Assembly (NCBI GenBank): GCA_964016885.1
Contig: OZ024741.1
Coordinates: 77,190,001-77,254,000, forward strand
DNA: 64,000 nt
Direction: 5' to 3'
DNA from: Eledone cirrhosa
Taxonomy: Eukaryota
The notes under the pieces were generated by a model. The model was not told where the DNA came from, ran no database searches, and saw only the letters and a list, made by a program, of their open reading frames with translations. Numbering within the stretch: position 1 is the first letter of the stretch; the number at the start of each line of letters is the position of its first letter. Positions 25,101 through 37,122 of the stretch are shown here, piece by piece. Made by a program: the position numbers and the translations under genes.

Positions 25101-25583
25101 GCTCTACCCGTTCGAGAGAGGCTCTACAGACACGGGCGCCCGGGCAGGGATCCCTCAAAAAAGATTTGCCCTAGATGCGTGCGTCACGAAGAAACCATTG
25201 CGCACGCATTGGTGCAATGTCCGGGCGTGGCTGATCTGTGGGGCTACGCCGAACGACTGCTGTCGCGGGTGGCGCCGATTCAATTGACCGCCGAGTCCGT
25301 GATGACAATCAAACCGCCTCCCCTCTTCACAAAGGAAGCAAAGGCGGTTTTTCTGTGCGTAATAGCCATGTTGAAAGAGGTTGTTTGGTGGACACGATTG
25401 AAAGGTCTGAGGTCAGGCAACTTCCTCTCTGGCCATAGTCTGGTCTACTTCTTCCGATATCACTTCGGAAGAAGGATAAGAATGGAGAGAGAGGTGCTTG
25501 GCCACAGGCAGTTTTATGAAAGGTGGGTGACAGTGGCGAGAATGGCTCGTGTAAATGGGCCTTCTCTGTATACCATCCTGTAG
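22157..25583 (+). CDS. ORF2 APE-RT-zinc finger protein, one frameshift near 23460
   Basis: Motifs CLNARGL, CETR, GDWN, YTDHK, YWKLN, KSPGLDG, FRPITLLN, QGCPLS, YADD and CPRC..ETIAHALVQC. Confidence 0.9.
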
Positions 25584-25799
25584 GTAAAGAAGTGAAGGAG
25601 AGGGGAGCACCTTCTGCATGTGCTCCCCGGGCAAAGGATTGCACACTTTTTCGGGGGTGTGTGCAACCCCCATCACGTCCCCTCCCTTTTGAGGTTATTT
25701 TCGATTATTTTCATTTTATACCCTTTTTACTCGATTGCATGTAAACTCCCCCTTTGTATTTGTCCCTTCTTTTTATGCCTTTATGGTAAATAAAGAAAT

Positions 25800-25800
25800 A

Positions 25801-25880
<80 letters not shown>
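25800..25880. repeat. (TATC)n microsatellite, about 20 units, between Tx1 copies 2 and 3
   Basis: Read directly from the sequence. Confidence 0.97.
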
Positions 25881-26097
25881 AGACGTGTGTAACTTCGCGG
25901 AGAAGTTTCCGTTAATTTATGTCAGAAAAAAACGTGAGTTTTTAGTTAAATTTTATATCATTGTGTAACTTGACCCCCCGTCTGAACCTTCAGGTGGTGG
26001 GTCAACTCATTTTCGCCCCTACAGGGGCGGAATATCCATTTGAAAATTTTTTCTCCATCGAATCTTGGAAAAAATATTGTAAAATTTCGATTACGTT

Positions 26098-27945
26098 ATG
26101 AACGCTGCGTCCAACGATAATGGTGGTGGAGAGGCGGTAAGACTACAAAGCTCGCAGTCAACGTCTTCTTCACTAGATACTATAGAGATGGAAAGACGAA
26201 ATGAAAATGTAAAAACGAATTCAAATTCAAACAACACAAATGACACCAAACAGTTCAATGACAACAAAAATAACAGCAACACCAATAATGATGATAAAAG
26301 CAACAATGATAACAACAACAAAGAAAAAAATAAAGACAACACCAATAATACCAGCATCAAAGACAACAACAACACCAAGGAAAATACGAACAATACCAAC
26401 ATCGGTGACAACAAGAATAACAACAAGAATAACAACAATAATGACAACACCAACAACACGGATTCCACAAAGAAACCAAAAATCTCCTTTGCAGAGAAAG
26501 TTAAAAAAAAGGAAGAATTGATATATCTCGACATAACAAATGCTGAACAACTTTTAAAGGACGCTAGGAGATATGTCAGTTTCGAAAAAAAATGGTGCTT
26601 TCAGCATCAATTCTCCGGTAGAAATTCGCATGGAAACTGCTCTCAAAACGATAGTTTTTAGGACAGTTTCCAATTCTACCCGAAAACCAGTCCAATTGTC
26701 ACAGAAAGAAATTGACTGGTTTTCAAAAATTCAATGAATGATATTGCATTCATTCAAAGAAGCAAACTTTTTGGGAGTATTTCGGTACTCATGAAGGATA
26801 AATTGACGGCCCAAAATTACTCTGTGTCGCCAATTGTATCCAACCTGTACACCTTTTTCCCTACATACATGGGAAAAAGGACACAAAAGATCAGAATCAC
26901 GAGTATCACACCAAAGGTGAACATATGGTGCGGCTTCATCAATTTTGATGAAGACAGAATACTGTCAGTAGGCAAGTCCCCCAGAGATGTATTCAATGGG
27001 ACTAGCATTGAAGTTCTGGTGCAAATGAGCCCAGAGCGAATAGCTATGATCCCACAACGTGTACTCCTGGACGGACTCACCTACATAAACTCTTCGGTTG
27101 AGGGTAGGCGGCCTTCATGTTACCATTGCTTTAGCAGGGGTCACCTGAGGGCTTCCTGTCCTAAATTAATGAATAAAAAAAAGGCTCTTCTGCCGACACC
27201 CATCAAAACAACACAACCACCAACACCACCACAACAACAACACCAACACACAAAAATAACCACAACAAACACAGTCCCACCCAACCCCACTCCACCTAAA
27301 ACCACTGCAAAATCACATACAGACACAACAGCTCCCCAAGACATACCCCTCCCCAATCACACAGACGATACAACAGATGAGGCTATCTCGCCATCACCCA
27401 GTGAAGACGAGGGAGAACCCCATCGCTCGAAAAGAAAGAAAAGACATCACAAAAGCAAAAAAACAGTAAACACTACCACAAACATACAACCACCAACACA
27501 AACAACAAAAACATCACAAACAAAACCCCCACCTCCTGAAAACAAAATACCTACAACAAAACGAAAGCACACACAAGAACTACAGACAAAAACAAACACA
27601 ACACAAGAAAATTACACTTACACTTACATAAACACTGAAAACAAAACACTAATGGAGACCATCACGAACGACCCTTCGGTTTTCACCGAAGGGAAAACTT
27701 TCGCCCACTCTATTAAAAATAGCAAAAAACTGAACCTAAAACTGATTAGGGTCCCTATACAAACTTATAGGTCCCTAAAAGAAACATTTGAGAAGGATGT
27801 GGGGAATTCCTGCGTGAAACCACTCAACAGCGTCCTTCTCAAATGTCTCCCCACCCCAGACACCCCCATCCCACCAGACCCCACCCCACCAAACATCTCC
27901 GTCCCCACCCCGCCGGAAACCACCACCCATCCAGACAACCCCTCC
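26098..27945 (+). pseudogene. ORF1 of copy 3 (frameshifted, C-terminus deleted)
   Basis: Asn-rich N-terminus, KISFAEKV, and knuckle CYHCFSRGHLRASC. Confidence 0.8.
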
Positions 27946-27949
27946 AACA

Positions 27950-30900
27950 GTTGCCGTTTTGCTGCGGAAACACCTGGGCCTCGTAACACAGACGGTACAT
28001 CTGGACCCGGAGGGTCGACTGGTGGTCCTAGACGTTGACGGTAGTGAAGGTGGAGCCTTCAGGCTGGTGGCCGCATATGCCCCATCCGGGACACCGCGGC
28101 CAGACTTCTTCAAACGTCTAGAGACTTTTCTGGGAACGTCCCGCTCCTTGCTTTTAGTGGGGGACTGGAATGGATTCCTAGATGCACGTTGGGACTATGT
28201 GGGAGCATGTCCCGATAAAGGGGGGTGTAACAGCCTCAAACAGTTAATCGACTGATTTGACTTGGCCGATAGATATCGACTAGATTTTCCGACTGCGCCA
28301 CTGTGGACGTGGAGTAATCGTAGCGGAACATCTAGATCGTACCTAGATAGGGTTCTAGTTAGAAATAAGGATAGGGACATGTTAAGCTGTCCACAAATGT
28401 TCATGGTTGCCTATTCAGATCACAAACTAGTGACCTGCATGGCCAACCTTGATAGAACCCATAGACAAGGACCCGGCTACTGGAAGCTGAACTTGTCGTT
28501 ACCGACAAGCAAAGCCTACAGTAGACGGATTAGCACTTTAGTTAAACAGCACTTGACAGGGGCCATTGTCAACAAAAGATGGTGGTACTCTCTCAAGAGG
28601 GCAGTTAGATTAGACTCGATAGTTTTTAGTAAAGAATTAGCTTTAGATAGAAATAGAACCGAGAAGGAACTGGTAGATAAAGTAGAAGAGGCAATTAGAA
28701 GTGGCAACGTAGCCAGCGTGCTAGCAACGAGAACGGCCTTGGACCAGTTCTTCGACGCAAAGCACGAGGGCTGCGTTGTCAGAAGCAAAATACGTGCTCT
28801 GGGAAACTGGGAAACGAGGGAGCCAAAGCTGTTAGCTGGGCCCGAGTGACGGAGGCAAAAAGTGGCAACAAGTCCACGATTCGGTCTTTGAAGGACCAAA
28901 ACGGACGCGTGATACGTGAGCCGAAGCAGATGTGTGCGGCTTTTCAGCGGCACTTTGCTCGGCTGTTCGGGGGGCGGGGGGCGGGAGAGGCTATGGATTT
29001 CGGTCCATACCTCGACGGCCTACCGCGACTCTCGGACAGCGAAGCAAAGTTCTGCGAAAAGCCGATTTCAGCCACTGAGATAGAGAATGCGCTGAGCCAA
29101 TGCGGCAAACGCAAATCTCCAGGTCTCGACGGTCTACCCTACGAATTTTACGTAGCAATGCCGGACTTATTCTCCGGTCTCCTGGAAGCGGTCTACTGCA
29201 ACTGGCAACAGAACGGGAGAATTCCCAGTTCTGTAACCGGGGGTGTGGTCACACTAATCAGGAAGGACGAGAATAAGGGGGATGACATAGGCAACTTCCG
29301 GCCCATAACTCTGCTAAACACAGAGTTAAAGATTTTGGCCAAGGTGTTGGCAAAGAGGCTGGCGCTTGTCGTCGAGAACCTGGTGGGAGAAGCGCAGACA
29401 TGCGCAATCCCGACCAGGTCCATACACGACAACCTCCACCTCATGTGATACATCATAGAGAGGGTAGGGTGTAAACTCGGCTTCGGTGGGGCCCTGATCA
29501 ACGTGGATCAGTCTAAGGCTTTCGATAGGGTTGACCATCGTTACCTGGATGCGGTGCTCGAGGCGGCAGGCTTCGGACCCGTGTTCAGGGGCTGGATTGC
29601 TGCAATGCACAACAGCAACATCTGCTCAAGGGTCAAGGTGAACGGCTACCTCTCGGAGCCGTTCCGTATTACGCGATCCATTCGACAGGGATGCCCTCTC
29701 TCCTCCCTTCTGTACGTACTGACTCTCGAGCCACTACTGCGGAAGCTGGAGCTATTGCAGGGCATCCCTCTGGAACCGGGACTGCGGAAAGCGGCGTCGG
29801 CCTACGCCGACGACGTGACAGTAATGGTGTCGAGCGCCTCGCAAATCGAGGAAGTCGGCACCTTACTGAAGGAATACGAAAGTCTCACAGGAGCGAAGCT
29901 GAACCGGGACAAGTCCATCGGTTTGCAACTCGGATCGTGGAGAGGCAAACCGATGCCTTCCGATGGCGTCGTCGGACGCTGGACGGAAGGACCGGTAAAG
30001 CTGCTCGGGGTCTGGTTTGGTCCGGACCTCCAGGTGGAGAAGAACTGGAACGAAGTCACGGCCAAGGTGTTTGCACTCACCCAGAAGTGGGCCGAGTGCA
30101 AACTATCTTTGAAAGGTCGAGCGGAGGTGGCGAACACTTTTATAGCGTCCGCCATCTACTACCGCTTGACCGTCGTGCCTTGTCCAGCCAAAACGCTCGC
30201 CAAAATGGAGCGCGCGCTCTTCCGATTCCTTTGGAAGAGGCGGGCTCCTTTGGTGAGAAGATCCATCTGCTGCCAACACCATTCTAATGGAGGGCTGGGG
30301 ATGCCGTGGTTGACGATGCGCAAACACGCGCTCAGGCTGCGGCATCTCTACGTATTCCTCACCGGACAACCGGTGTGGGCCCCGTTCGTGAGGCGAGCCT
30401 TCCCACGACTCGTCTCGCTGACCGAACTGCAGTCCTGGGTCAAGCAAAGACCGAGGAAAATGGGCGACTGGCACATCGAATTTGCTCAGGCGCTCACAGC
30501 CCTCTGGCAGGCGGACCCGACGATCAGTGGAGACTCCACTTCGTCATTCTATAGAGGGTTGGTCCGCAGCAAGTGCGACGACGCGCTCGGTGAAACTCTA
30601 GGCGTAGAGGAAGATGAACTGGCCAGTCTGTTCGGTAGGACCTTCCGCCCGGGACCGATGGACAACTTCCAAAAGTCCCTGGGCTGGCAGTGCTACCGAG
30701 GAGCTCTACCAGTTCGAGACAAGCTCTACATACATGTGTCGCCCGGGCAGGGACCCTGCAAAAAAGACCTGTCCGAGGTGCGTGCGAGACGAAGAAACCG
30801 TCGCGCACGCATTCATACAGTGCCCGGGCGTCACTGACCTGTGGGGCTATGTAGAACGACTATTGTCGCGGGTGGGACCAATCCGGTTGACCACCGAGTC

Positions 30901-31185
30901 CATTGTCATGATCAAACCGCCACCCTCCTTCAAAACGAAGGAGAGGTGGTTTTCCTTTGTGTGATAGCTATGGCGAAAGAGGTTGTATGGTGGACAAGGT
31001 TGAAAGGGCTGAGGTCAGACACCTTTCTCTCCGGCCAACAACTGATTCTTTTTTTCAAATACCACTTTGGAAGAAGAACCAGGATGGAGAGAGAGGTGCT
31101 GTACCCCAGCAAGTTTTATGAAAGGTGGGTGAAAGTGGCGAGAATGGCCCGAGTGAATGGGCCTTCTCTCTATATCAGCCTGTAG
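27950..31185 (+). pseudogene. ORF2 of copy 3 (N-terminal ~68 codons missing, stops and frameshifts)
   Basis: Resumes at VAVLLRKHLG. APE, RT (YADD) and zinc-finger motifs match copies 2 and 4. Stops near 28253 and 29446. Confidence 0.88.
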
Positions 31186-31446
31186 GTTGAGGAAAAGGAG
31201 GAGGAGAGGAAGGGAGTACAAACTCTTCGTACTCCTGGAGATGAGGGTTGCACATTTTTTCGGGGGTATGTGTTACCCATATAAACTGTCTCCATCTATT
31301 GGGGAAAATCGACTAACTTTTTAAATTCCATTTGTGATAACATTTTACACGTTTTTATTGTATGTAAACTTCCCCCTTTGTATTTGTCCCCTTCTTTTGT
31401 GCCCCTGTAGCTAATAAAGAAATCTATCTATCTATCTATCTATCTA

Positions 31447-31706
31447 CCTTCTCTGTTTATAAGCCTGTAGGTTAAAGAAGAGAGAAAAAGGAAGAAAGGG
31501 GCACTTGCACAACACGCTCCTGAAGTTGAGGGTTGTTCTATCGATGGGGTATTAAACAACCCATTTGTGGCGCCTCCCCCCTATTTGGGGATTTCGATTG
31601 TTATATTTGTTTGTTTCATATTTTTACACGAATGTATGTAAAATCCCCGGCATGTGTCTTTGTTTTGTCCCCTTTTCTTGTGTGTCCTTGTGGCTAATAA
31701 ATAAAT
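31447..31706 (+). mobile_element. Tx1-family 5'-truncated insertion (last ORF2 codons plus 3'UTR)
   Basis: Runs from ccttctctgtttataagcctgtag to gctaataaataaa and is of the copy-1 subtype. It is bounded by (TCTA)6 on the left and tatctatctgtct on the right. Confidence 0.85.
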
Positions 31707-32343
31707 ATATCTATCTGTCTTTCTTTCTATAAAAGAATTTGTAGTTATCACACAGTCTCTCACACACACACACATAATTATTCGTCAAGCATGCCATGTT
31801 ATGGCATTTTTTCGGAAAGATGAGCTGAACCAGGTTGTAGTTCTCTCTGGTGCCGTATTTTTGTTGTTTGTTGTGGATAGGTTGTATGATATTCAAAAAT
31901 TCAATAACATATAACTCATCCCTTATAACCACATCCCCTCTTTCGCATGAGAAAGATAAATATGTTGTGATTCAATATGCCATCTAGAAACTATTTCTTT
32001 CATTCATCAACAACCTTTGGCAACAAAAAATTCATAAGTGATTCAATTCAACAGAAGCAACATGAAAGCCAGTTGTTGTACAACTCTAGGATAAAAGAGA
32101 ATACAAAGGCGGCGGAAAATTTCTGAATTTGGGCAAATTTAGTCAATTTAATTGTAGTGATTAGCTTAGCTCTTTGCACTCCAAAATGGTCAGAAAACTT
32201 CGATATCCGATAAACATAACATGTACATATATTGAAGCGCATATCCAAATAGATGTGTGTTTTGGTAGTTTGGGGAGAAAAACATAATTATTGGTGGGAG
32301 GGAGCATGGACACCTACCCCCTCTCCCAGTTTCACCACCCCTG

Positions 32344-32488
<145 letters not shown>

Positions 32489-32619
32489 GGATACTATTTA
32501 TAGTTATGTATATTTTAAACCTTAAACAGTGAAGGTCAGTAATTTATTACTACCTTATTACCAGTAAGATAAATAGCTCAATGTAATAACATCAGTTGTT
32601 CTACAGAGCAGTTATATAG

Positions 32620-32759
32620 AATTCACAAGAGTCAAAGCTATGTTCAAAGCATTTATTCACTTACAATTGTTTCATCCAGACCTAGGCTTGGAGTCTTCGG
32701 ACCATTTTTCAATGTTTGTACATATAATTGACCTCCTATCCAACGCAAGAGACATACAG

Positions 32760-32839
<80 letters not shown>

Positions 32840-33827
32840 ATGTATAGTGGAGTGACATATATTATACTATACTATATTTGTACAGTAATTCAAATTCAAA
32901 ATCAAAATCAAAATTAAAATTAAAATTAAAATACATTCGGCAGATAACACAGATAATGCAAGAGGATAGTTTGATAGTCAGATCTAGTAGGTAGTGTATG
33001 CGTTAGTTACACATGGAGCATGCAAGTGTGTCTCATTTATATACGATTATTGTGTGACAAGGTGTTACATGTAATGCAAGCACTTTAAGCGGGTAAGCAA
33101 GAGTATTATGGTGGTTGTAGTGGTAGGGTATTTTTTGTATAGATCAAAAAAGTATGTGTGCAGAGAAAGAAAAAGAAAAAGAATGTTATAGTTTTCGCAT
33201 CCACCACCATTTTCACATTCAGAAAAGGAAGATATAGTTTTTACATCCATCACATAAGTTACGATGATTCCGTATTGAATGTTTGATGCATTAAATTATT
33301 GTAGCGTATTGAGGCTCAGTGTTGCTTAATCCATATTTATAGAATAGGTTCTTTCTGCTGCCAGAATTTACAGTGGTTTATTACCCGGAAGTAGGTGTAT
33401 AATTAAGGGGAGGTAACTAGCTGATTCTCATAACTAAATTCATTGTTCTAACATACATTATATGGTGCCTCAATTGAGTCCCTTATATAAAAGATTATAT
33501 ATTTATATCTAATTTTCAAAAACGCATACACTACCTACTAGATCTGACTATCAAACTATCCTCTTGGATTATCTGTGTTATCTGCCGAATGTTTTTTAAT
33601 TTTGATTTTGATTTTGAATTGCTGTACAAATATAGTATAGTATAATATATGTCACTCCACTATACATCAATATATATATATATATGTATCTGTATGTCTC
33701 TTGCGTTGGATAGGAGGTCAATTATATGTACAAACATTGAAAAATGGTCCGAAGACCCAAGCCTAGGTTTGGATGAAACAATTGTAAGTGAATAAATGCT
33801 TTGAACATAGCTTTGATTCTTGTGAAT

Positions 33828-33828
<1 letters not shown>
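32620..33828. mobile_element. Foldback element: inverted arms 32620-33004 and 33521-33828, probably Penelope pLTR-derived
   Basis: The arms are reverse complements apart from TA and AAAATC repeat lengths. Each carries a hammerhead-like CCGAAGA...GAAACAATTGTA motif, and the element lies between (TA)n tracts. Confidence 0.75.
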
Positions 33829-33921
<93 letters not shown>

Positions 33922-33962
33922 TTCATTTCTTATGGCTATTGGTGAACTTTGTTACTCTAAAG

Positions 33963-34261
33963 CAGGGGCGTGCAACAGGCGGTCCGCCAGACCAGTCAGA
34001 GTGGCCCGCGATGACGGTTTTTGATTTTTACCTTGTAGGCTTATTTAGAATCTTTTTCGTAACCGTAATACAATTTTCTGTTAGTTGACCTATACGAAAG
34101 GGCTTCACTGATAGGGTAATGTGTGTTATAATTTCCCAGTTCCATGCTATGGAAAGAAGTTGTGGTGAATCTTTGGAATAGTGCTTAATAAATATTAATG
34201 GCCCTATAATTGTTCCAATGTTCAAAAGTGGCCCACCAATGGAATATGTTGCACATCCTTG
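33963..34261. mobile_element. hAT (Charlie/Buster-type) MITE, 299 bp
   Basis: TIRs CAGGGGCGTGCAAC / GTTGCACATCCTTG and an 8-bp TSD CTCTAAAG / CTCTAAGG with central TA. Confidence 0.8.
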
Positions 34262-34309
34262 CTCTAAGGTTTCACTTGTACACTCATACAATCACCAGTC
34301 TTGTATGAT

Positions 34310-35106
34310 GATCCACCTTACTCCCCTCCTCTCTATGTCTGTCACACAAAACTCTCTTTTAATCCCCCTCTCTTTATCTACTAAAACCAATCTCTCCCTC
34401 TCTATATATCTACTACGACACCACCTCTCTATAACTAACACAAATACACTCACCCCTCTCTATAAATATATACACTTATCTCTCCCAATCCCCCTCTCTA
34501 TATCAATCACCCTTAAACTCTCCCCCTCTCTATATCTACAATACGGCACTCTCTCATTATCCCTCTGCCTATATCTACAATCATGAAATTCTTCCCCTCT
34601 CTATATCTAACATGCAAATCACTCTCCCAATCACCCTCTTTATATTAATCATCTACAAACACTCCCCCTCACCATCTCTACCACGCTCTCTCATTATCGT
34701 TCTCTGTATCCATCACAAATTCCCCCTCTATATCTTTTGCGACAATGTCTCACCAGGCCACCTCTATATATTTAACAATATTTATCTCTCCCAACCCCCT
34801 CATTATATCTACAAGCATTGAAATCATCCCCTCTCTATATCTACTACACGACATACTCTCTCTCTTCCAATGCCCCTCTCTATATCAATAAACATCAATA
34901 TCTCCCTCGCTATATATCTACTATACAACACTCTATTTCATTCCTTCTCACTCTATCAATCACTACCAAACTCTCCCCCTCTATACATCAACCATACAAC
35001 ACTCTCCACCAACCCCCCTCTCTATATCAATTATAACCAAACTCTCCCTCTCTCTATATCTACTTTACGAACTCTCTTCCAATACCCTCTCTATATCAAT
35101 TACCAC
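34310..35106. repeat. Degenerate pyrimidine-rich satellite related to the 30/31-bp array
   Basis: Recurrent ctctctatatc(a/t)a...aaactc units. Confidence 0.8.
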
Positions 35107-35304
35107 TTGATATAGACGTGATTCACTTTGCTCCGGATTCTTACGGATTGTTGTAAAAAAAAAACTGTGAGTTTATTGATCAATTTAATAACATTGTTTG
35201 GTTTAGCCCCTTGCCTTGGCCGTCAGACGTTAAGTCAACAAACTTTCGCCCCTTTCTGGGGCGAAATTTTCAATTTTCATCTAAAAACTGTAGACTTGGT
35301 AGCA

Positions 35305-37080
35305 ATGGATGCCATTTCCACCTCGCACACTGTCGTGAGTGCCACGCCCACTAAGAAAAGTGGTGGAGGGAAGGTAGGAGTGCAAAGCTTGCAGCCGTCC
35401 CCCTCGCATCATCGAAAAACGTGGAAAATATCGAAACCGCGAAACCAAATCCGGCAAATAATACCAGCACCAACAACAAGAACAATGACAACAACACCAC
35501 AACCAACAACTGCAACAATAGCAACACCAATATTACCAACAGTGACAGTAATACGAAAGACAACAACAACAAAACAACATTTGCACAGACCGTAAAAAAA
35601 AAAAGAACTATACACGCCAATAGACATAACAAATGCTAAACAACTATTACAAGACGCAAAACAATTCGTGACTTTTGGCGAAAACGGTGCTTTTAGCATT
35701 AATTCTCCACAGGAATTACGTAGAGAGGCTGTCCTGAAAACCACAGTTTTCAGGACAATATCGAACGTAACAAGAAAACCAGCTCAATTATCACAAAATG
35801 AAATTGAGATGGTTCTAAAAGACGCAATGAAGGACTTAACCTTCATACAAAAAGGTAAACTGTTTGGTAGCATTTCGGTGCTGATGAACAACCAGTCAAC
35901 AGCTCAAAAGTACTCGATAGCACCCATTGTGTCCCCCCACTTCACCTTTTACCCCACATACAGGGGAAAAAGGACACAAAGAATAAAAATAATGAGTATC
36001 ACACCAAATGTAAACATTTGGTGGATACTATGTGGAATAATAAACTTTGACGAAGACAAGATAATTTCAATAGGAAAGTCCTCCGGAGGTGTATTTGGTG
36101 GGACCACAGTAGAAGTTCTGGTGCAAATGAGCCCAGAACGAATAGCGAATATCCCACAACGCGTGTCTCTGGACGGGCTAACTTATATAAACATTTCAGT
36201 GGAGGGAAGGCGGCCGTCATGTTTCCACTGCTTAAGCAGGGGTCACCTGAGGGCTGCCTGTCCTCAATTAACGAGTAAAAAAAAAAAGGCTCTTCTGCCA
36301 ACCCCGAACACAACAACACAACCACAACCACCACCACCGCCACCACAACAACAACACGGAAAAATAACAACACAAAACACTGTTCCACCCAACCCCTCCC
36401 CACCTAAAACAAATACAAAAGCAACCACAACAAAACCCCAAAATATACCCCTCCCCAACAACACGGAAGAGGACTCCGTATCAACGTCACCCAGTGACGA
36501 CGAGGGAGAACCCTTTCAACAGGTGAAAAGAAAAAAAAAAGGCACCACATTAACAAAAATGCCACAAACACACAGCCACCAGCACAAACATCACAAACAT
36601 CACAAATAAAAAACCCACCTCTCCCCAAAACATAACACGTACTATAAAACGCAAACACCCGCAAGAACAATAAACAAAAACAAACACAACACAACAAAAA
36701 CTCTATACATACATTAACAAGAACAATAAAACGTTGATGAAAGCGATATAAAATAACCCTTCGGTGGAAACCGAAGGGATCACTTTCACCTACGCAGCGA
36801 ACAAACCGCACCTAATGATTATTAGGGTCCCAACGGAAACCTATGTAACTTTGAAAAAGAACCATCCAATGCATGTGGGGACCAACTGCACCAAACCACA
36901 TAACAGCGTCCTATTGAGATGTTTCCCCACCCCCACACCAGACACCCACACCCCACCAAACACCCTAATCCCACCACACACTGATGTCCTCACCCCACCA
37001 CAAACCACCACCCCATAAACAACCCTTCCAACACCCCCATGGAAATTGTGCAGCCTGGCCCCCAGGAGACGTAGAGGTAA
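35305..37080 (+). pseudogene. ORF1 of copy 4 (frameshifts and stops)
   Basis: TTFAQTV, knuckle CFHCLSRGHLRAAC and a Pro/Thr-rich tail. Confidence 0.8.
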
Positions 37081-37122
37081 GTAATTTCCTTTCCTCTTCC
37101 TTTTTACCTCTTCAGCACCAAC

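Larger units (their letters stand above)
20010..25799 (+). mobile_element. L1/Tx1-clade retrotransposon copy 2 (full length, about 5.8 kb)
   Basis: The 5' terminus AGATGTAATTCACTTCGCG resembles those of copies 3 and 4. It has ORF1, ORF2 and a 3'UTR ending AATAAAGAAA, and is flanked by (TATC)n on both sides. Confidence 0.93.
25881..31422 (+). mobile_element. L1/Tx1-clade retrotransposon copy 3 (5' end intact, deletion across the ORF1/ORF2 junction)
   Basis: Begins AGACGTGTGTAACTTCGCG immediately after (TATC)n and ends AATAAAGAA followed by (TCTA)6. Confidence 0.92.
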
